DNA of 64,000 nucleotides from an uncultured Bacteroidota bacterium (GCA_963730425.1 CAVSRV010000011.1:240092-304091); one strand, 5' to 3'. Positions 48,901 to 59,358 are shown, numbered from the stretch's first letter. Translations and numbers: made by a program. The notes: a model not told the origin generated them from the letters alone.

Positions 48901-50292
48901 TTAAAATAAATATTTATAAACTTCTTCAACTTTTCCCATCAATTTTATTTCAATCTGATGAGAATGATTTTTTAATCCTTTCTGATTATATTTGGAAACC
49001 AGGATTTTGCTGAAACCTAATTTTTCCGCTTCGGCAATTCTCTGACCGATTCTGTTTACTGCACGTATCTCGCCATTCAATCCCACCTCTCCGGCAAAAC
49101 ATGTGTCTGCCGCGAGTGGAACATCTTCTAAAGAACTTAACAACGCACACAGTACGGCAAGATCAATGGAAGGATCTTCAACTTTCAGGCCTCCTGCAAT
49201 ATTTAAAAAAACATCTTTCACTCCAAAGTGAAAACCCCCTCTTTTTTCCAGAACTGCCAGAAGAAGCTGAAGTCGTCGCAGGTCGAAACCGCTAACAGTT
49301 CTTTGTGGTGTTCCATATACAGAAGCCGTGACGAGGGCCTGAACCTCAATCAGCAGGGGCCTTTGCCCTTCTATACTTGCAGCGATAGCACTCCCACTGA
49401 GAAATTCCTCTTTTTGTGTAATCAGGATTTCGCTTGGGTTGCTTACTTCCTGCATTCCTTCATCTGTCATTTCATAAATTCCCAATTCTGATGTACTGCC
49501 AAATCGATTTTTTAGAGTGCGAAGGATCCGATAAGTGTGATGACGATCGCCTTCAAATTGCAATACAGTATCCACCATATGCTCGAGTATTTTTGGCCCT
49601 GCGATGTTTCCATCTTTGGTAATATGTCCTATAAGAAAAACTGGTGTACCGGTTTCTTTTGCGAACCGTTGAAATTCTGATGCGCACTCACGAATTTGAG
49701 AAATGGTTCCCGGAGTAGAATCAATATAAGAAGATTGCAAGGTTTGAATAGAGTCTACAATAACTACCTGCGGTTTTAATTTTTTTATTTCCTGAAATAT
49801 GGCCTGAGTAGAAGTTTCGGTCAGCAGAAAAAAATTGTCGTGGGTAGTAATGAGTTGATGGTTCTTTACTTTTAACCTGTCAGCCCTCATTCGGATTTGC
49901 TGTTCGCTTTCTTCGCCACTGATATAAAGTGTAACGATATTCTTTAACATCAACCCTATCTGGAGAAATAATGTACTTTTTCCGATCCCGGGTTCTCCGG
50001 CAACAAGAATTAAACTTCCTGAAACAATTCCTCCACCCAATACCCTGTTAAGTTCTGCATCAGGAGTAACAATTCTTTTTTCTTCACCACTGATAACCTC
50101 ATGAATTGAAATCGTTTTGATTTCTTTTTTATCGGAGATATTTTTCCATCCGGATTCTCCCAGTCTGTCGTCTTTATTGATAACTTCTTCAGTGAAAGTA
50201 TTCCATTGCTCGCACGAGGGACATTTACCAAGCCATTTTGCACTTTCATAACCGCAATTATTGCAGAAGAAAGCGGTTTTGATTTTACTCAT
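48901..50292 (-). CDS. radA: DNA repair protein RadA/Sms
   Basis: CNNCG..KWLGKCPSC zinc finger, GEPGIGKST, KNRFG and GEVGLNGE motifs. Start placed at MSKIK. Confidence 0.97.
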   Translation of the reverse strand: MSKIKTAFFCNNCGYESAKWLGKCPSCEQWNTFTEEVINKDDRLGESGWKNISDKKEIKTISIHEVISGEEKRIVTPDAELNRVLGGGIVSGSLILVAGEPGIGKSTLFLQIGLMLKNIVTLYISGEESEQQIRMRADRLKVKNHQLITTHDNFFLLTETSTQAIFQEIKKLKPQVVIVDSIQTLQSSYIDSTPGTISQIRECASEFQRFAKETGTPVFLIGHITKDGNIAGPKILEHMVDTVLQFEGDRHHTYRILRTLKNRFGSTSELGIYEMTDEGMQEVSNPSEILITQKEEFLSGSAIAASIEGQRPLLIEVQALVTASVYGTPQRTVSGFDLRRLQLLLAVLEKRGGFHFGVKDVFLNIAGGLKVEDPSIDLAVLCALLSSLEDVPLAADTCFAGEVGLNGEIRAVNRIGQRIAEAEKLGFSKILVSKYNQKGLKNHSHQIEIKLMGKVEEVYKYLF

Positions 50293-50668
50293 CATTAAAG
50301 ATAATAGCTCTGATGGCAGAAAAGTAAAAAGGCCAGCTACTAGAGCCGACCTTTTACTTACTAACCCATTAAATTCTTCCACTAAATTACAAAATCAGGT
50401 CACATAACAAAATAAATTTTTCTTCCTGTGAATAACTTTAATAATAAAAATGAAACTTGTATTTATTTGATAATTGGTTCATAATACATTGAATAATAAT
50501 TACTTAACACGGTATTTTTTCTTGAGATTTTCGGATAAAGTACTGAAAATGAATCTTCGAAATCTTTAGGAATACTCCCTTTTCGCATAGGTGGAAACAC
50601 TTACGCAGAATACATGATATTAGCGTAATTAGTAATGTGTTTTTACTTAAAAAAAGGGTAAAAAGGGG

Positions 50669-52222
50669 TTATAATTTGATCTCTTCTTCCTGTTTGTCGA
50701 AGAAATGGAACTCCGTCATATGATAGCTATTATTAGCCTTAACCCGAATGGCTCGTTTATATTTTTTGCGCCATTTCCATTTTTTGCTGAAGAACCAGCC
50801 ACCCTTGGTGAGGTAAGCATACATAATGGGGTGTACCATGAGGATCAGGTCCTTATGTTGATGATTCAGAAGATAGCTCAGATTTTTCTCAATTTCATCC
50901 TCCAGTATCAGGGCCGAAGAGATTTTGCCTGTACCGTTACAGGTAGGGCAGATTTCCTGCGTATTAATAGTTATTTCGGGCTTCATACGCTGCCTGGTGA
51001 TTTGCATCAGGCCGAATTTGGAGATTGGCAGAACTGCGTGTTTTGCCCTGTCGGTCCTCATAAAAGACTCCATTGCTTCAACCAGCTTGCGCTTGTTATC
51101 CGGGAACTTCATGTCAATAAAATCGGCGACAATGATGCCTCCCAGGTCTCGGAGCCTTAACTGCCGGGCTATTTCTTCTGCTGCTTCCAGATTTGTTTCC
51201 AGTGCGTTTTGTTCCTGATTATTACTTACACTTTTATAACCACTGTTTACATCAATCACGTGCAGTGCTTCTGTATGCTCGACGATCAGATAGGCACCAC
51301 TCGGAAGATTAACAGTCTTGCCAAAGGCCGCTTTAACTTGTTTGGTTATGCCGAAATGATCAAAAATCGGAGAACCATTATTATAATAAGAAACAATATC
51401 TATTTTATCTGCAGCAATTCGCTGAATATATGTTTTGGTGTCGTTGAAAAGATTACGGTCATTTACTACAATTTTATTAAAATCTTCATTCAGAAGATCC
51501 CGTAACATACTCGTCGTCTTAGTTTGTTCACTTAAAATTTTTGCCGGAGCAACTGCACCAATCAGATTATGCTGAATCAGCTTCCAGGTAGCAACCAGGT
51601 CGGTCAGGTCCTCGTGAAGTTCCGCAGTATTTTTTCCTTCAGCTGCAGTTCGCACTATCACGCCAAAATTTTTTGGTTTTATAGCTTCTACAATTTTCTG
51701 AAGTCTTTTTCTTTCGTCTGATGAATGAATTTTTCGTGAAACTGCAACAATATCATTGAATGGGGTAATCACCACGAAACGTCCTGGCAGTGAGATCTCG
51801 CAACTCAGGCGAGGGCCTTTGGCTGCGATCGGTTCTTTTAAAATCTGAACGAGGATATTGGGCTTGCCACTGAGAACCTCATTGATTTTCCCGGTTTTTA
51901 TAATTTCCGGTTCAACCAGAAAAGATCCAAAATCAAATTCGCTGTCTTTTGCCGCCTGAATACTTTGTTGTGTAAATTTTAAAAGAGAACGCGCGTAAGG
52001 ACTGAGATCTGTATAATGAAGGAATGCGTCTTTCTCGAATCCGACGTCGACGAATGCAGCATTTAATCCAGGAATTAACTTTTTTACTTTTCCCAGGTAT
52101 AAATCTCCCACTGCAAAACTGGCATCAGTTTTTTCATGGTGCAATTCCACCAGCTTTTTGTCTTCCAGCAGGGCTATTTCAACTCCCTGAGGGGCTGCAT
52201 TAATGATCAGTTCCTTGTTCAA
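50669..52222 (-). CDS. rne: Ribonuclease E/G (Rne/Rng family)
   Basis: S1 domain, AAFVDVG, KGPRL, VIDVNSG, RLRDLGGII..DFIDM and CPTCNGTG. TTG start at (L)NKELIIN. Confidence 0.95.
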   Translation of the reverse strand: MNKELIINAAPQGVEIALLEDKKLVELHHEKTDASFAVGDLYLGKVKKLIPGLNAAFVDVGFEKDAFLHYTDLSPYARSLLKFTQQSIQAAKDSEFDFGSFLVEPEIIKTGKINEVLSGKPNILVQILKEPIAAKGPRLSCEISLPGRFVVITPFNDIVAVSRKIHSSDERKRLQKIVEAIKPKNFGVIVRTAAEGKNTAELHEDLTDLVATWKLIQHNLIGAVAPAKILSEQTKTTSMLRDLLNEDFNKIVVNDRNLFNDTKTYIQRIAADKIDIVSYYNNGSPIFDHFGITKQVKAAFGKTVNLPSGAYLIVEHTEALHVIDVNSGYKSVSNNQEQNALETNLEAAEEIARQLRLRDLGGIIVADFIDMKFPDNKRKLVEAMESFMRTDRAKHAVLPISKFGLMQITRQRMKPEITINTQEICPTCNGTGKISSALILEDEIEKNLSYLLNHQHKDLILMVHPIMYAYLTKGGWFFSKKWKWRKKYKRAIRVKANNSYHMTEFHFFDKQEEEIKL

Positions 52223-52381
52223 TGTAGAGTAACATTTACTGCCTGGCGGTACAAACAAGAAGGAATCGAAATGCTGAAGAGGATTTAGTTAACCGCCTCA
52301 CGGATGCAAGCAAGCGGTAAGCGTTAGTATATAAATGTTTTCAGCAGAACAGGGCCGGAAGACTATCCGGCCGTAGTGCGT

Positions 52382-52477
52382 TTATTTGTTCTTTTTCTTA
52401 TGACGATTCTTACGCAATCTTTTCTTTCTTTTATGGGTTGCAATTTTATGTCGCTTCCTTTTTTTACCACAAGGCAT
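52382..52477 (-). CDS. Small basic protein, bS22/AURKAIP1-COX24-like ribosomal protein (31 aa; below the ORF-track cutoff)
   Basis: Read directly: MPCGKKRKRHKIATHKRKKRLRKNRHKKKNK*. Confidence 0.85.
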   Translation of the reverse strand: MPCGKKRKRHKIATHKRKKRLRKNRHKKKNK

Positions 52478-52529
52478 CGATAATTCCTTTTTAGTTAACT
52501 AATAATTTCTGTCTTGCTCCTGCGAGCTT

Positions 52530-53381
52530 TTATTTTAATGATCCTAACCTTTCGTCGATCGCTGTGATCAATTCATGATTATTCGTCAGTTTTTTCGCTG
52601 CTGTATACCAGGTCTTTGCCGAAGCATTGTTGCCTGCCCTTTCATACGCTTCACCAAGACTGAGTACGGCTTCCAGATTTCCCGGATCGTAATGAACAAC
52701 TTTTAAAAGCCGTTGAATCGCCTTGTCATATTGTCCCGATTCGATGCCGCCCAATCCTAACATGAGCTGGGCGTACATATTAAGGGAGTCTCTGCGGGTC
52801 ACTTCCAGAATTGTTTGAATTCCCTTCATCACATCCGCCGGTTTTTCACCAGTACTTCCAAAAATATAAGTGGCTCCCAATCCGATTTTTGTAGAATCAT
52901 TGTCAGGGTTCAGTTTCCCGGCCCTTACAAAGAGGTCCCGGCTTTCATTTGCCATCCAGCTTTTTAGCGCCGGATTATCCTGACCCCGCAGGTTGTTCAA
53001 AAATAATTGGGCTGCAAAAGTGAGACTTTTTTCAGAATTTTCCAATTTTGCAGCCTCCGCAGTATAATAAGAATAGGGTAGAAAGCCGTTTCCAACGGAA
53101 TCTCTCCAGAAACTGGCGAGCTGGTGGTCAATCGCAATTTGTTGATCTTTAACGTCTCCGCGAACTACCGCATTTTCCAGTCTGTTCACAAATGCAAGAC
53201 GGGCAGGACTGAGTTTTGCCTTATTTGCATCGAGAATTACCTTGATATCAAGCGATTGCCCTTCATTTTCTGAAGTGGCAGTGATAGATTTCTTTAAGGG
53301 GGGAACTGTATTTCCAAAAAAATACAATATTACAAGAATAATTATTCCGGATGCGGCTACAATGGCTTGCTGTTTCTTCAC
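52530..53381 (-). CDS. Membrane-anchored tetratricopeptide-repeat protein
   Basis: N-terminal TM helix; TPR-like repeats (LGATY, LGLGGIESGQYDKA, LGEAYE). Confidence 0.82.
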   Translation of the reverse strand: MKKQQAIVAASGIIILVILYFFGNTVPPLKKSITATSENEGQSLDIKVILDANKAKLSPARLAFVNRLENAVVRGDVKDQQIAIDHQLASFWRDSVGNGFLPYSYYTAEAAKLENSEKSLTFAAQLFLNNLRGQDNPALKSWMANESRDLFVRAGKLNPDNDSTKIGLGATYIFGSTGEKPADVMKGIQTILEVTRRDSLNMYAQLMLGLGGIESGQYDKAIQRLLKVVHYDPGNLEAVLSLGEAYERAGNNASAKTWYTAAKKLTNNHELITAIDERLGSLK

Positions 53382-53403
53382 GTAGGGCTTTTATCCGGCA
53401 AAA

Positions 53404-53724
53404 TTACATCTCTTCATCAGGGTTTGGCTGATTATCCTGAATCGACTGAAGTTTTTTGACCTCTGCAACAAACTCTTTGGCTGGTTTGAATGACGGAATA
53501 AAATGTTCAGGTATGTGGACAGCAATATTTTTTTTGATATTACGTCCGATTTTGGCAGCTCTTTTTTTTGTTATAAAACTGCCAAAACCACGTATGTAAA
53601 TATTTTCACCTTTCGCAAGAGTATCCTTTACTTCTTTAAACATGGTTTCTAATGTAACTAGTACGTCTACCTTAGGTATACCTGTTTTATCGGAAATTTG
53701 ATTAACGAGGTCTGCCTTTCTCAT
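53404..53724 (-). CDS. HU/IHF family DNA-binding protein
   Basis: KADLVNQIS, IRGFGSF, KIGRNI and PSFKPAKEF motifs. Confidence 0.95.
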   Translation of the reverse strand: MRKADLVNQISDKTGIPKVDVLVTLETMFKEVKDTLAKGENIYIRGFGSFITKKRAAKIGRNIKKNIAVHIPEHFIPSFKPAKEFVAEVKKLQSIQDNQPNPDEEM

Positions 53725-53910
53725 GACGGAATTGTTTTATAAGTTTCTGATTTTAAATATATAACAAAATAATTAATCCGCAACAAATTGTAAAAAATTG
53801 AATACTTTGATTTCTAAGTTAATTTCTAATCCATTGCATTTCAAGTAATTATAAAATACTGATTACCAATGATATAATTAATGAACGGACAAGCTTTATT
53901 TTGGATTTTT

Positions 53911-54969
53911 ATGCAGACAGATTTTACAAAAAAATTACTGAACTGGAACAGGAATGAGAACAGGAGGGTTATGCCATGGAAAGGTGAATCTGATCCATAC
54001 AAAATTTGGCTCAGCGAGATAATTCTGCAGCAGACCAGAGTTGAGCAGGGAACAGCTTACTACACAAAATTTATTTCCATTTTTCCCGGTATTCTGGACC
54101 TTGCAAATGCCCCTGAAAAAGAAATTTTCAAACTTTGGGAAGGTTTGGGTTATTATAGCAGGTGCAGGAACCTGATTGCCACGGCTAAAAAAATTGCTTT
54201 AATAAATGACGGCCGTTTCCCGTCTTCCTATCAGGAAATACTTTCTCTTCCTGGTATCGGTCCCTATACTGCGGCTGCGATTGCTTCTTTTGCTTTTGGC
54301 TTGCCCTATGCTGTAGTCGATGGAAATGTTGAGAGAGTAATATCAAGATATTTTGGAATAAGAATTCCGATTGGTTCAATACAGGGAAAGAAGAAATATA
54401 ATGAGATAGCCACCCGTCTTTTAGACGAAAAAAATCCTGGCGTTTACAACCAGGCTATTATGGATTTTGGGGCAACTATTTGTAAACCACAAAATCCTCT
54501 GTGTTCCGGATGCGTTCAGTCAAAAAGCTGTTATGCATTTCAAAATGGAATTACTGATAAGTTGCCACTCAGAAAGACGGCCATTCAACGGAAGAAAAGA
54601 TGGTTGTATTATTTTATAGTAGATGCAGGAAAAGATAAAATATGGATTCGGGAGAGAACCGAAAAAGACATTTGGCAGAATCTCTACGAATTTGTTTTAT
54701 GGGAAACTGGGAAAAAAATGCCACAGCATAAAATTCAGCAGAGCTCTTTTTATAAACACAATTTTGGGAATCAGGGTTTAGGGATTCGGCACATTTCCTT
54801 AGCCTACAACCAAACACTTACTCATCAATCCATTACAGGTTATTTTGTGCATTTAAATAAGTCCCTCGTTAAGTTTGCCGGTTATCAGGCTGTTTCCAGA
54901 AAGGAACTTGGCGAATTTCCATTTCCTAAAATTATAACAGAGTACATTAAAATTTCACCCGGTCTCTGA
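53911..54969 (+). CDS. mutY: A/G-specific adenine glycosylase
   Basis: WLSEIILQQTRV, WEGLGYYSR, LPGIGPYTA, VVDGNV and CKPQNPLCSGC Fe-S motif. Confidence 0.96.
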   Translation: MQTDFTKKLLNWNRNENRRVMPWKGESDPYKIWLSEIILQQTRVEQGTAYYTKFISIFPGILDLANAPEKEIFKLWEGLGYYSRCRNLIATAKKIALINDGRFPSSYQEILSLPGIGPYTAAAIASFAFGLPYAVVDGNVERVISRYFGIRIPIGSIQGKKKYNEIATRLLDEKNPGVYNQAIMDFGATICKPQNPLCSGCVQSKSCYAFQNGITDKLPLRKTAIQRKKRWLYYFIVDAGKDKIWIRERTEKDIWQNLYEFVLWETGKKMPQHKIQQSSFYKHNFGNQGLGIRHISLAYNQTLTHQSITGYFVHLNKSLVKFAGYQAVSRKELGEFPFPKIITEYIKISPGL

Positions 54970-55060
54970 TCTGTGGTAAAGCTTTTGATATGATAGTAGC
55001 AGAATTGCAAGGGCCGAAATGATGCCCTTGAGCGGATTATTAACATCATAATTGGCGATC

Positions 55061-55495
55061 ATGAGGGGCGTTAACAGAGTCATGCTTATTGGTAATTTGG
55101 GCAAAGACCCGGATGTACAATACCTGGAAGGAAATATCGGCGTTGCAAAATTTTCACTTGCTACTACAGAAACTTTTAAAGACCGGACTGGGAAACTGAT
55201 TTCTCAAACCGAATGGCATACTGTGGTCTTATGGAGAGGTCTGGCGGAACTGGCACAGAAATACCTTCACAAAGGAAGCCTCGTTTACATTGAAGGCAGG
55301 CTGCGTACCCGGAGTTGGGAAGATAAGGATGGAAATAAAAAATTTGCTACCGAAGTGGTAGGAGATAATCTCATCATGCTGGATAAAAAAATGGAAGGGA
55401 ATCATTCCACTCTTCCTCCCCATGAGGGACTGGAAGGTCTTAACAGTGCTGATACCACAACTGTAAATGAACCTTCTCCTGATTTACCATTTTAA
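55061..55495 (+). CDS. ssb: Single-stranded DNA-binding protein
   Basis: GVNRVMLIGNLGKDP, TEWH, VYIEGRLRTRSW and C-terminal DLPF. Confidence 0.96.
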   Translation: MRGVNRVMLIGNLGKDPDVQYLEGNIGVAKFSLATTETFKDRTGKLISQTEWHTVVLWRGLAELAQKYLHKGSLVYIEGRLRTRSWEDKDGNKKFATEVVGDNLIMLDKKMEGNHSTLPPHEGLEGLNSADTTTVNEPSPDLPF

Positions 55496-55594
55496 AAGCG
55501 GTATAGCCAAGATTTATTAAATTTACAATCCTATACAAAGAAGCACGGTAGCTTTTCAAGCAGGAATAAAGGATTTTTAACGAAATCATCTATT

Positions 55595-56914
55595 TTGGAT
55601 CACCCTTTTAACATGTCATCGGGCCGGGGGAATTATGGCCTTCTCTTATTTATTAATGTGCAGGCTACAACCATCCTGGTTATACTCATACTTTTTTTTC
55701 TGGTCATGTCATTTATAGTATCCGGTTCACGGATAGCTTTTTTTTCCCTGAGCGACAAGGAAATAAATATCCTGAAAACTAAACAGGATAGTTCCTGGAG
55801 AAGGATTGTCAATTTGCTGGAGGAACCAAAAGCACTCCTTGCGTCCCTCTTAATCGCCAACATACTGCTTAATATTGCAATCATCATACTCTCAAATTTT
55901 TTGATCGATCAGGTTATTTCTTTTAAACAGGATTACTGGTTTTTTGAATTCATGATGAAAGTAGTAATGGTGAGTTTTGTGCTCATTCTTTTTGGCGAAG
56001 TGATGCCAAAAGTATGGGCAAGTCAAAATACATTACAGTTTGCATTTTATACATCCGGAGTAACCGAAGTCATTCACCTTTTATTCAGGCGTCTTGGCAT
56101 TCTGCTTGCGAATCAGTCAGAAAAACTGGAACGGCTTTTTGGAAGTCAGCGTTCAGCAGCGAACAGTCTTGAGGAACTCGACCATGCCATTGACAACGAT
56201 ACCACCGAAGAAGAAAAAAATATTCTGAAAGGAATTATCAAGTTCGGGAATATCACCGTCAAACAGATCATGAAAACCCGCCTCGATGTGAGCGGCATAG
56301 AAGATCATCTGAATTTCGGTCAGTTAAAACATAAAATTGAAGAACTGCACTATTCACGTTTGCCGGTTTACAAAAAAAGTCTGGATGATATTACTGGCAT
56401 GATTCACACAAAGGACCTGATGCCTTACCTGAATGAGCCAGATGAATTTGAATGGCATAGCCAGCTTCGTTCACCCCACTTTGTGCACGAACATAAAATG
56501 ATCAAAGACCTCTTGCAGGAATTTCAGACAAGCCGTATTCATTTTGCTATTGTGGTCGATGAATTTGGCGGCACCAGCGGCATCGTTACCCTGGAAGATA
56601 TAATGGAAGAAGTCATAGGGGACATCAAGGATGAATTTGATGAAGATGAAGGATCAGCAGCAAAACAGGACGATGGATCTTATATATTTGAGGGCCGGAC
56701 AATGATTAACGATATGTGTAAAACCCTGAACCTCCCGGTTGATACATTTGATAATGTAAAGGGAGATTCTGATTCTCTTGCCGGTCTTATCCTGGAACTT
56801 GCAGGTGAGATCCCGAAAGTAAATGATATTATCCCTTGCGGCGATTTTGAATTTAGTATTCTGGATGCTGATAGTAGCCGGATTAAAAAAGTGAAGGTCA
56901 GAATCAAACAATAA
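55595..56914 (+). CDS. gldE: Gliding motility-associated protein GldE (CNNM/CBS/CorC)
   Basis: LLASLLIAN, FGEVMPK, YSRLPVY and VDEFGGTSG; located between ssb and gldD. Confidence 0.88.
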   Translation: MDHPFNMSSGRGNYGLLLFINVQATTILVILILFFLVMSFIVSGSRIAFFSLSDKEINILKTKQDSSWRRIVNLLEEPKALLASLLIANILLNIAIIILSNFLIDQVISFKQDYWFFEFMMKVVMVSFVLILFGEVMPKVWASQNTLQFAFYTSGVTEVIHLLFRRLGILLANQSEKLERLFGSQRSAANSLEELDHAIDNDTTEEEKNILKGIIKFGNITVKQIMKTRLDVSGIEDHLNFGQLKHKIEELHYSRLPVYKKSLDDITGMIHTKDLMPYLNEPDEFEWHSQLRSPHFVHEHKMIKDLLQEFQTSRIHFAIVVDEFGGTSGIVTLEDIMEEVIGDIKDEFDEDEGSAAKQDDGSYIFEGRTMINDMCKTLNLPVDTFDNVKGDSDSLAGLILELAGEIPKVNDIIPCGDFEFSILDADSSRIKKVKVRIKQ

Positions 56915-56925
56915 AAACACAAATC

Positions 56926-57519
56926 TTGTACTGTATAAATACTAAGTTTTTTTCTTTTTTCTTTTTACTATTTACTTTATCAGCTTGTAACAGTGTTTAT
57001 TCTCCGAAGCCCCGTGGTTATTTTCGGATCGACTTTCCTCCACATTCCTATCAGGCTTTTGATCGTCCGGATTTTCCTTACTCTTTTGAATACCCTGTAT
57101 ATGGAAATATCATCAGGGATACGGCTTTCTTTGGGGACAAACCAGAAAATCCTTACTGGATAAATGTGGATTTTCCCAGGTTCCATGCAAGAATATATAT
57201 TAGCTATAAAGTGGTAAACGGTAATTATGACAAACTCCGGGAGGATGCTTATAAGATGACTTACAAACATACTTATAAGGCGAGCTCCATTGAAGACTCC
57301 CTGATTAGCACACCTTTGGGAGTACATGGTATTTTTTTTAATGTAGGAGGAAACGCTGCAACGGCCAAACAGTTTTTCGTAAGCGATTCAACCCGACATT
57401 TCCTGCGTGGGGCCCTTTACTTCGACACAACACCCAATTCTGATTCTTTAGGAATTGTTAATGCTTTTCTCCAGATTGATATGTATCATCTTATCAATAC
57501 ATTGAAGTGGAAAAACTGA
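56926..57519 (+). CDS. gldD: Gliding motility lipoprotein GldD
   Basis: Lipobox LSAC, PKPRGYFRIDFP, GNAATAKQFFVSDSTRHFLRGALYF. Confidence 0.93.
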   Translation: MYCINTKFFSFFFLLFTLSACNSVYSPKPRGYFRIDFPPHSYQAFDRPDFPYSFEYPVYGNIIRDTAFFGDKPENPYWINVDFPRFHARIYISYKVVNGNYDKLREDAYKMTYKHTYKASSIEDSLISTPLGVHGIFFNVGGNAATAKQFFVSDSTRHFLRGALYFDTTPNSDSLGIVNAFLQIDMYHLINTLKWKN

Positions 57520-57570
57520 TGAGGAATCCTTCCTGATATACTATCTTAGCCTGATTTTCAAACACTACAT

Positions 57571-58158
57571 TTGATTGCAATTGATAACATACTCGTTAGT
57601 GATGAAGTGATTTCAGAACAATTCGTCTGCGATCTGAATAAATGTAAGGGCGGCTGTTGTGAAGACGGAGACTCAGGTGCACCTCTTTCGAATGAAGAAC
57701 TTGAATTCCTGAGAGATTTTATTGAAGATATAAAGCCATATATCAGCCCTGAAGGGTTGAAAGTGTTGGAAAAGGAAGGACTTTACAGATATGACCAGGA
57801 ATTCGGATGGGTGACGCCTACAATCGGCGGCCGTATGTGCGCTTATGGATTTAAGGACCAACTGGGGATCATAAAATGCGGAATTGAACAGGCTTATCTC
57901 AATCAAAAAATTTCCTGGAGAAAACCCATTAGTTGTCATTTATTTCCTGTTAAAATTACCAGGAGTAAAAGACGGGATCAGGAATACGTGAATTATGAAC
58001 CAAGAGAGGATCTGTGTAAAGCAGCATGTAAACTCGGCAGGCAATTAAAAGTTCCTGTCTATGTATTTTTAAGAGATGCCCTGATCAGAAAATACGGGAA
58101 GGATTTTTATTCTACATTGGAGGCTGCAGCTATTCATATGAAAAATGATAAAGCCTGA
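57571..58158 (+). CDS. DUF3109 family Cys-rich protein
   Basis: FVCDLNKCKGGCC.DGD.GAPL, CGIE, KPISCHLFP and FLRDALIRKYG motifs. Confidence 0.9.
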   Translation: MIAIDNILVSDEVISEQFVCDLNKCKGGCCEDGDSGAPLSNEELEFLRDFIEDIKPYISPEGLKVLEKEGLYRYDQEFGWVTPTIGGRMCAYGFKDQLGIIKCGIEQAYLNQKISWRKPISCHLFPVKITRSKRRDQEYVNYEPREDLCKAACKLGRQLKVPVYVFLRDALIRKYGKDFYSTLEAAAIHMKNDKA

Positions 58159-58166
58159 CCTATTCT

Positions 58167-59324
58167 ATGAAAATCCCATTCCTGACAGTCTTATTACCAG
58201 TTCTTTTTTTTTGCGCACAGTCTGCACTCGCACAGGATTCCACACATAATAATCTGCCTGCTCCAAAAAAAACCTCAAAGCACAGACATGTGGCAAAAGA
58301 TTCTGCTGTCCATATGATAAGTGATTCTGCAGGCAATAATTTGCCGGGCTCTCATGATAGTTCAGCCCTTAGTCCATCTGTTTCCCAAACAGATTCAAAA
58401 ACCGGATCGATGTCACAGGATTCATCAGTAGCTACGATTCCCCATAGAGGGAAATCAAATAAACATCAAGGCGTTATTAATGATTCTACAGATTTCGTGG
58501 CGAAGTTATTTTATAACAATGTGGTACGGGTAATAAGATTACCGAGAAGAAAAATAAAACTTAGTGTTTTGCCAATTGATTCTGTTATCGACAATGATTT
58601 TATCGTTGATTCAGCCAGAGCTGCAATATTAGATTCGATAAAATTTGTTATCAAGGATTCTCTTTTCACCGCGGATTCATTAAAAGCCATTGCAACAGCA
58701 TACACAGACTCGGTATATTCCGATTCCGTTAGCCGCCATTGGATCGGATGGAAAAAATACCAGGTTAAACCAGATCAATCCTTTGCGATGTTTTCCAAAA
58801 AGGTGTTGAAGGGCAAGAGCAAGGCTGAGCTTCAATACAATATTGCGGATTTTTATCTGTACCTGAATGGACAACTTGTTATGCCGCCTATAAAAGGATA
58901 TGGTTTTTTTGCAGCGGGCTGCCTCTGTTTTAAGTACGATGATACCCTGCTGCTTAACAGTGGTCTGGGTTTCAAAGTAGGTGTAGGAGTGGGGATTAAG
59001 ATAATTCAGGGCAGATTTACCAGTGCTCTTCATGCGAACACACATAACAAGGAAGTATATAAGCTGTCAAAGGATGATACTGTTTATTTGAGAAGCGTTA
59101 TGTCAGAACCAGCAACGCAGTCCTTGAAATTACAGAACGAACCTGGCTATGTCGACAAGGAAATTATTATAGGTGAATATCGCGCAACCTATAAAAAATT
59201 CTATCAAAAGAATAAAGATGACGAGGATGAAGGGCGGCAATATATGGTGAGAATTATTTTCAGGTGTCGTGTAAGCGGAGGTATCGACAGTATGAAATCT
59301 CTTAATGTTACTGTCGGTAAATAA
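58167..59324 (+). CDS. Secreted hypothetical protein rich in D-S/T-x motifs
   Basis: Signal peptide (..SALA-Q); low-complexity S/D-rich N-terminal half. Confidence 0.75.
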   Translation: MKIPFLTVLLPVLFFCAQSALAQDSTHNNLPAPKKTSKHRHVAKDSAVHMISDSAGNNLPGSHDSSALSPSVSQTDSKTGSMSQDSSVATIPHRGKSNKHQGVINDSTDFVAKLFYNNVVRVIRLPRRKIKLSVLPIDSVIDNDFIVDSARAAILDSIKFVIKDSLFTADSLKAIATAYTDSVYSDSVSRHWIGWKKYQVKPDQSFAMFSKKVLKGKSKAELQYNIADFYLYLNGQLVMPPIKGYGFFAAGCLCFKYDDTLLLNSGLGFKVGVGVGIKIIQGRFTSALHANTHNKEVYKLSKDDTVYLRSVMSEPATQSLKLQNEPGYVDKEIIIGEYRATYKKFYQKNKDDEDEGRQYMVRIIFRCRVSGGIDSMKSLNVTVGK

Positions 59325-59358
59325 GCCGGCAACTTATTTTATTGATTAACTTCATTGT

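Noticed and set aside
50293-50382. N-terminal extension of RadA given by the ORF track
   Set aside because: Homology starts at MSKIKTAFFC; the extension is an upstream in-frame start artefact. The same applies to the longer starts listed for rne, adk, TetR and TolC.
50400-50668. oriC in the AT-rich gap between radA and rne
   Set aside because: Only one DnaA-box match (TGTGAATAA, 50427-50435), with no box cluster and no typical origin-linked genes.
55008-55030. Hairpin caagggc/gcccttg between mutY and ssb as a terminator or ncRNA
   Set aside because: A 7-bp stem with a 9-nt loop and no U-tract is insufficient support.
1191-56914. Recent duplication of the two CNNM/CBS genes (1191-2468 and gldE)
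   Set aside because: They share only family motifs; two divergent paralogues are usual in Bacteroidota.
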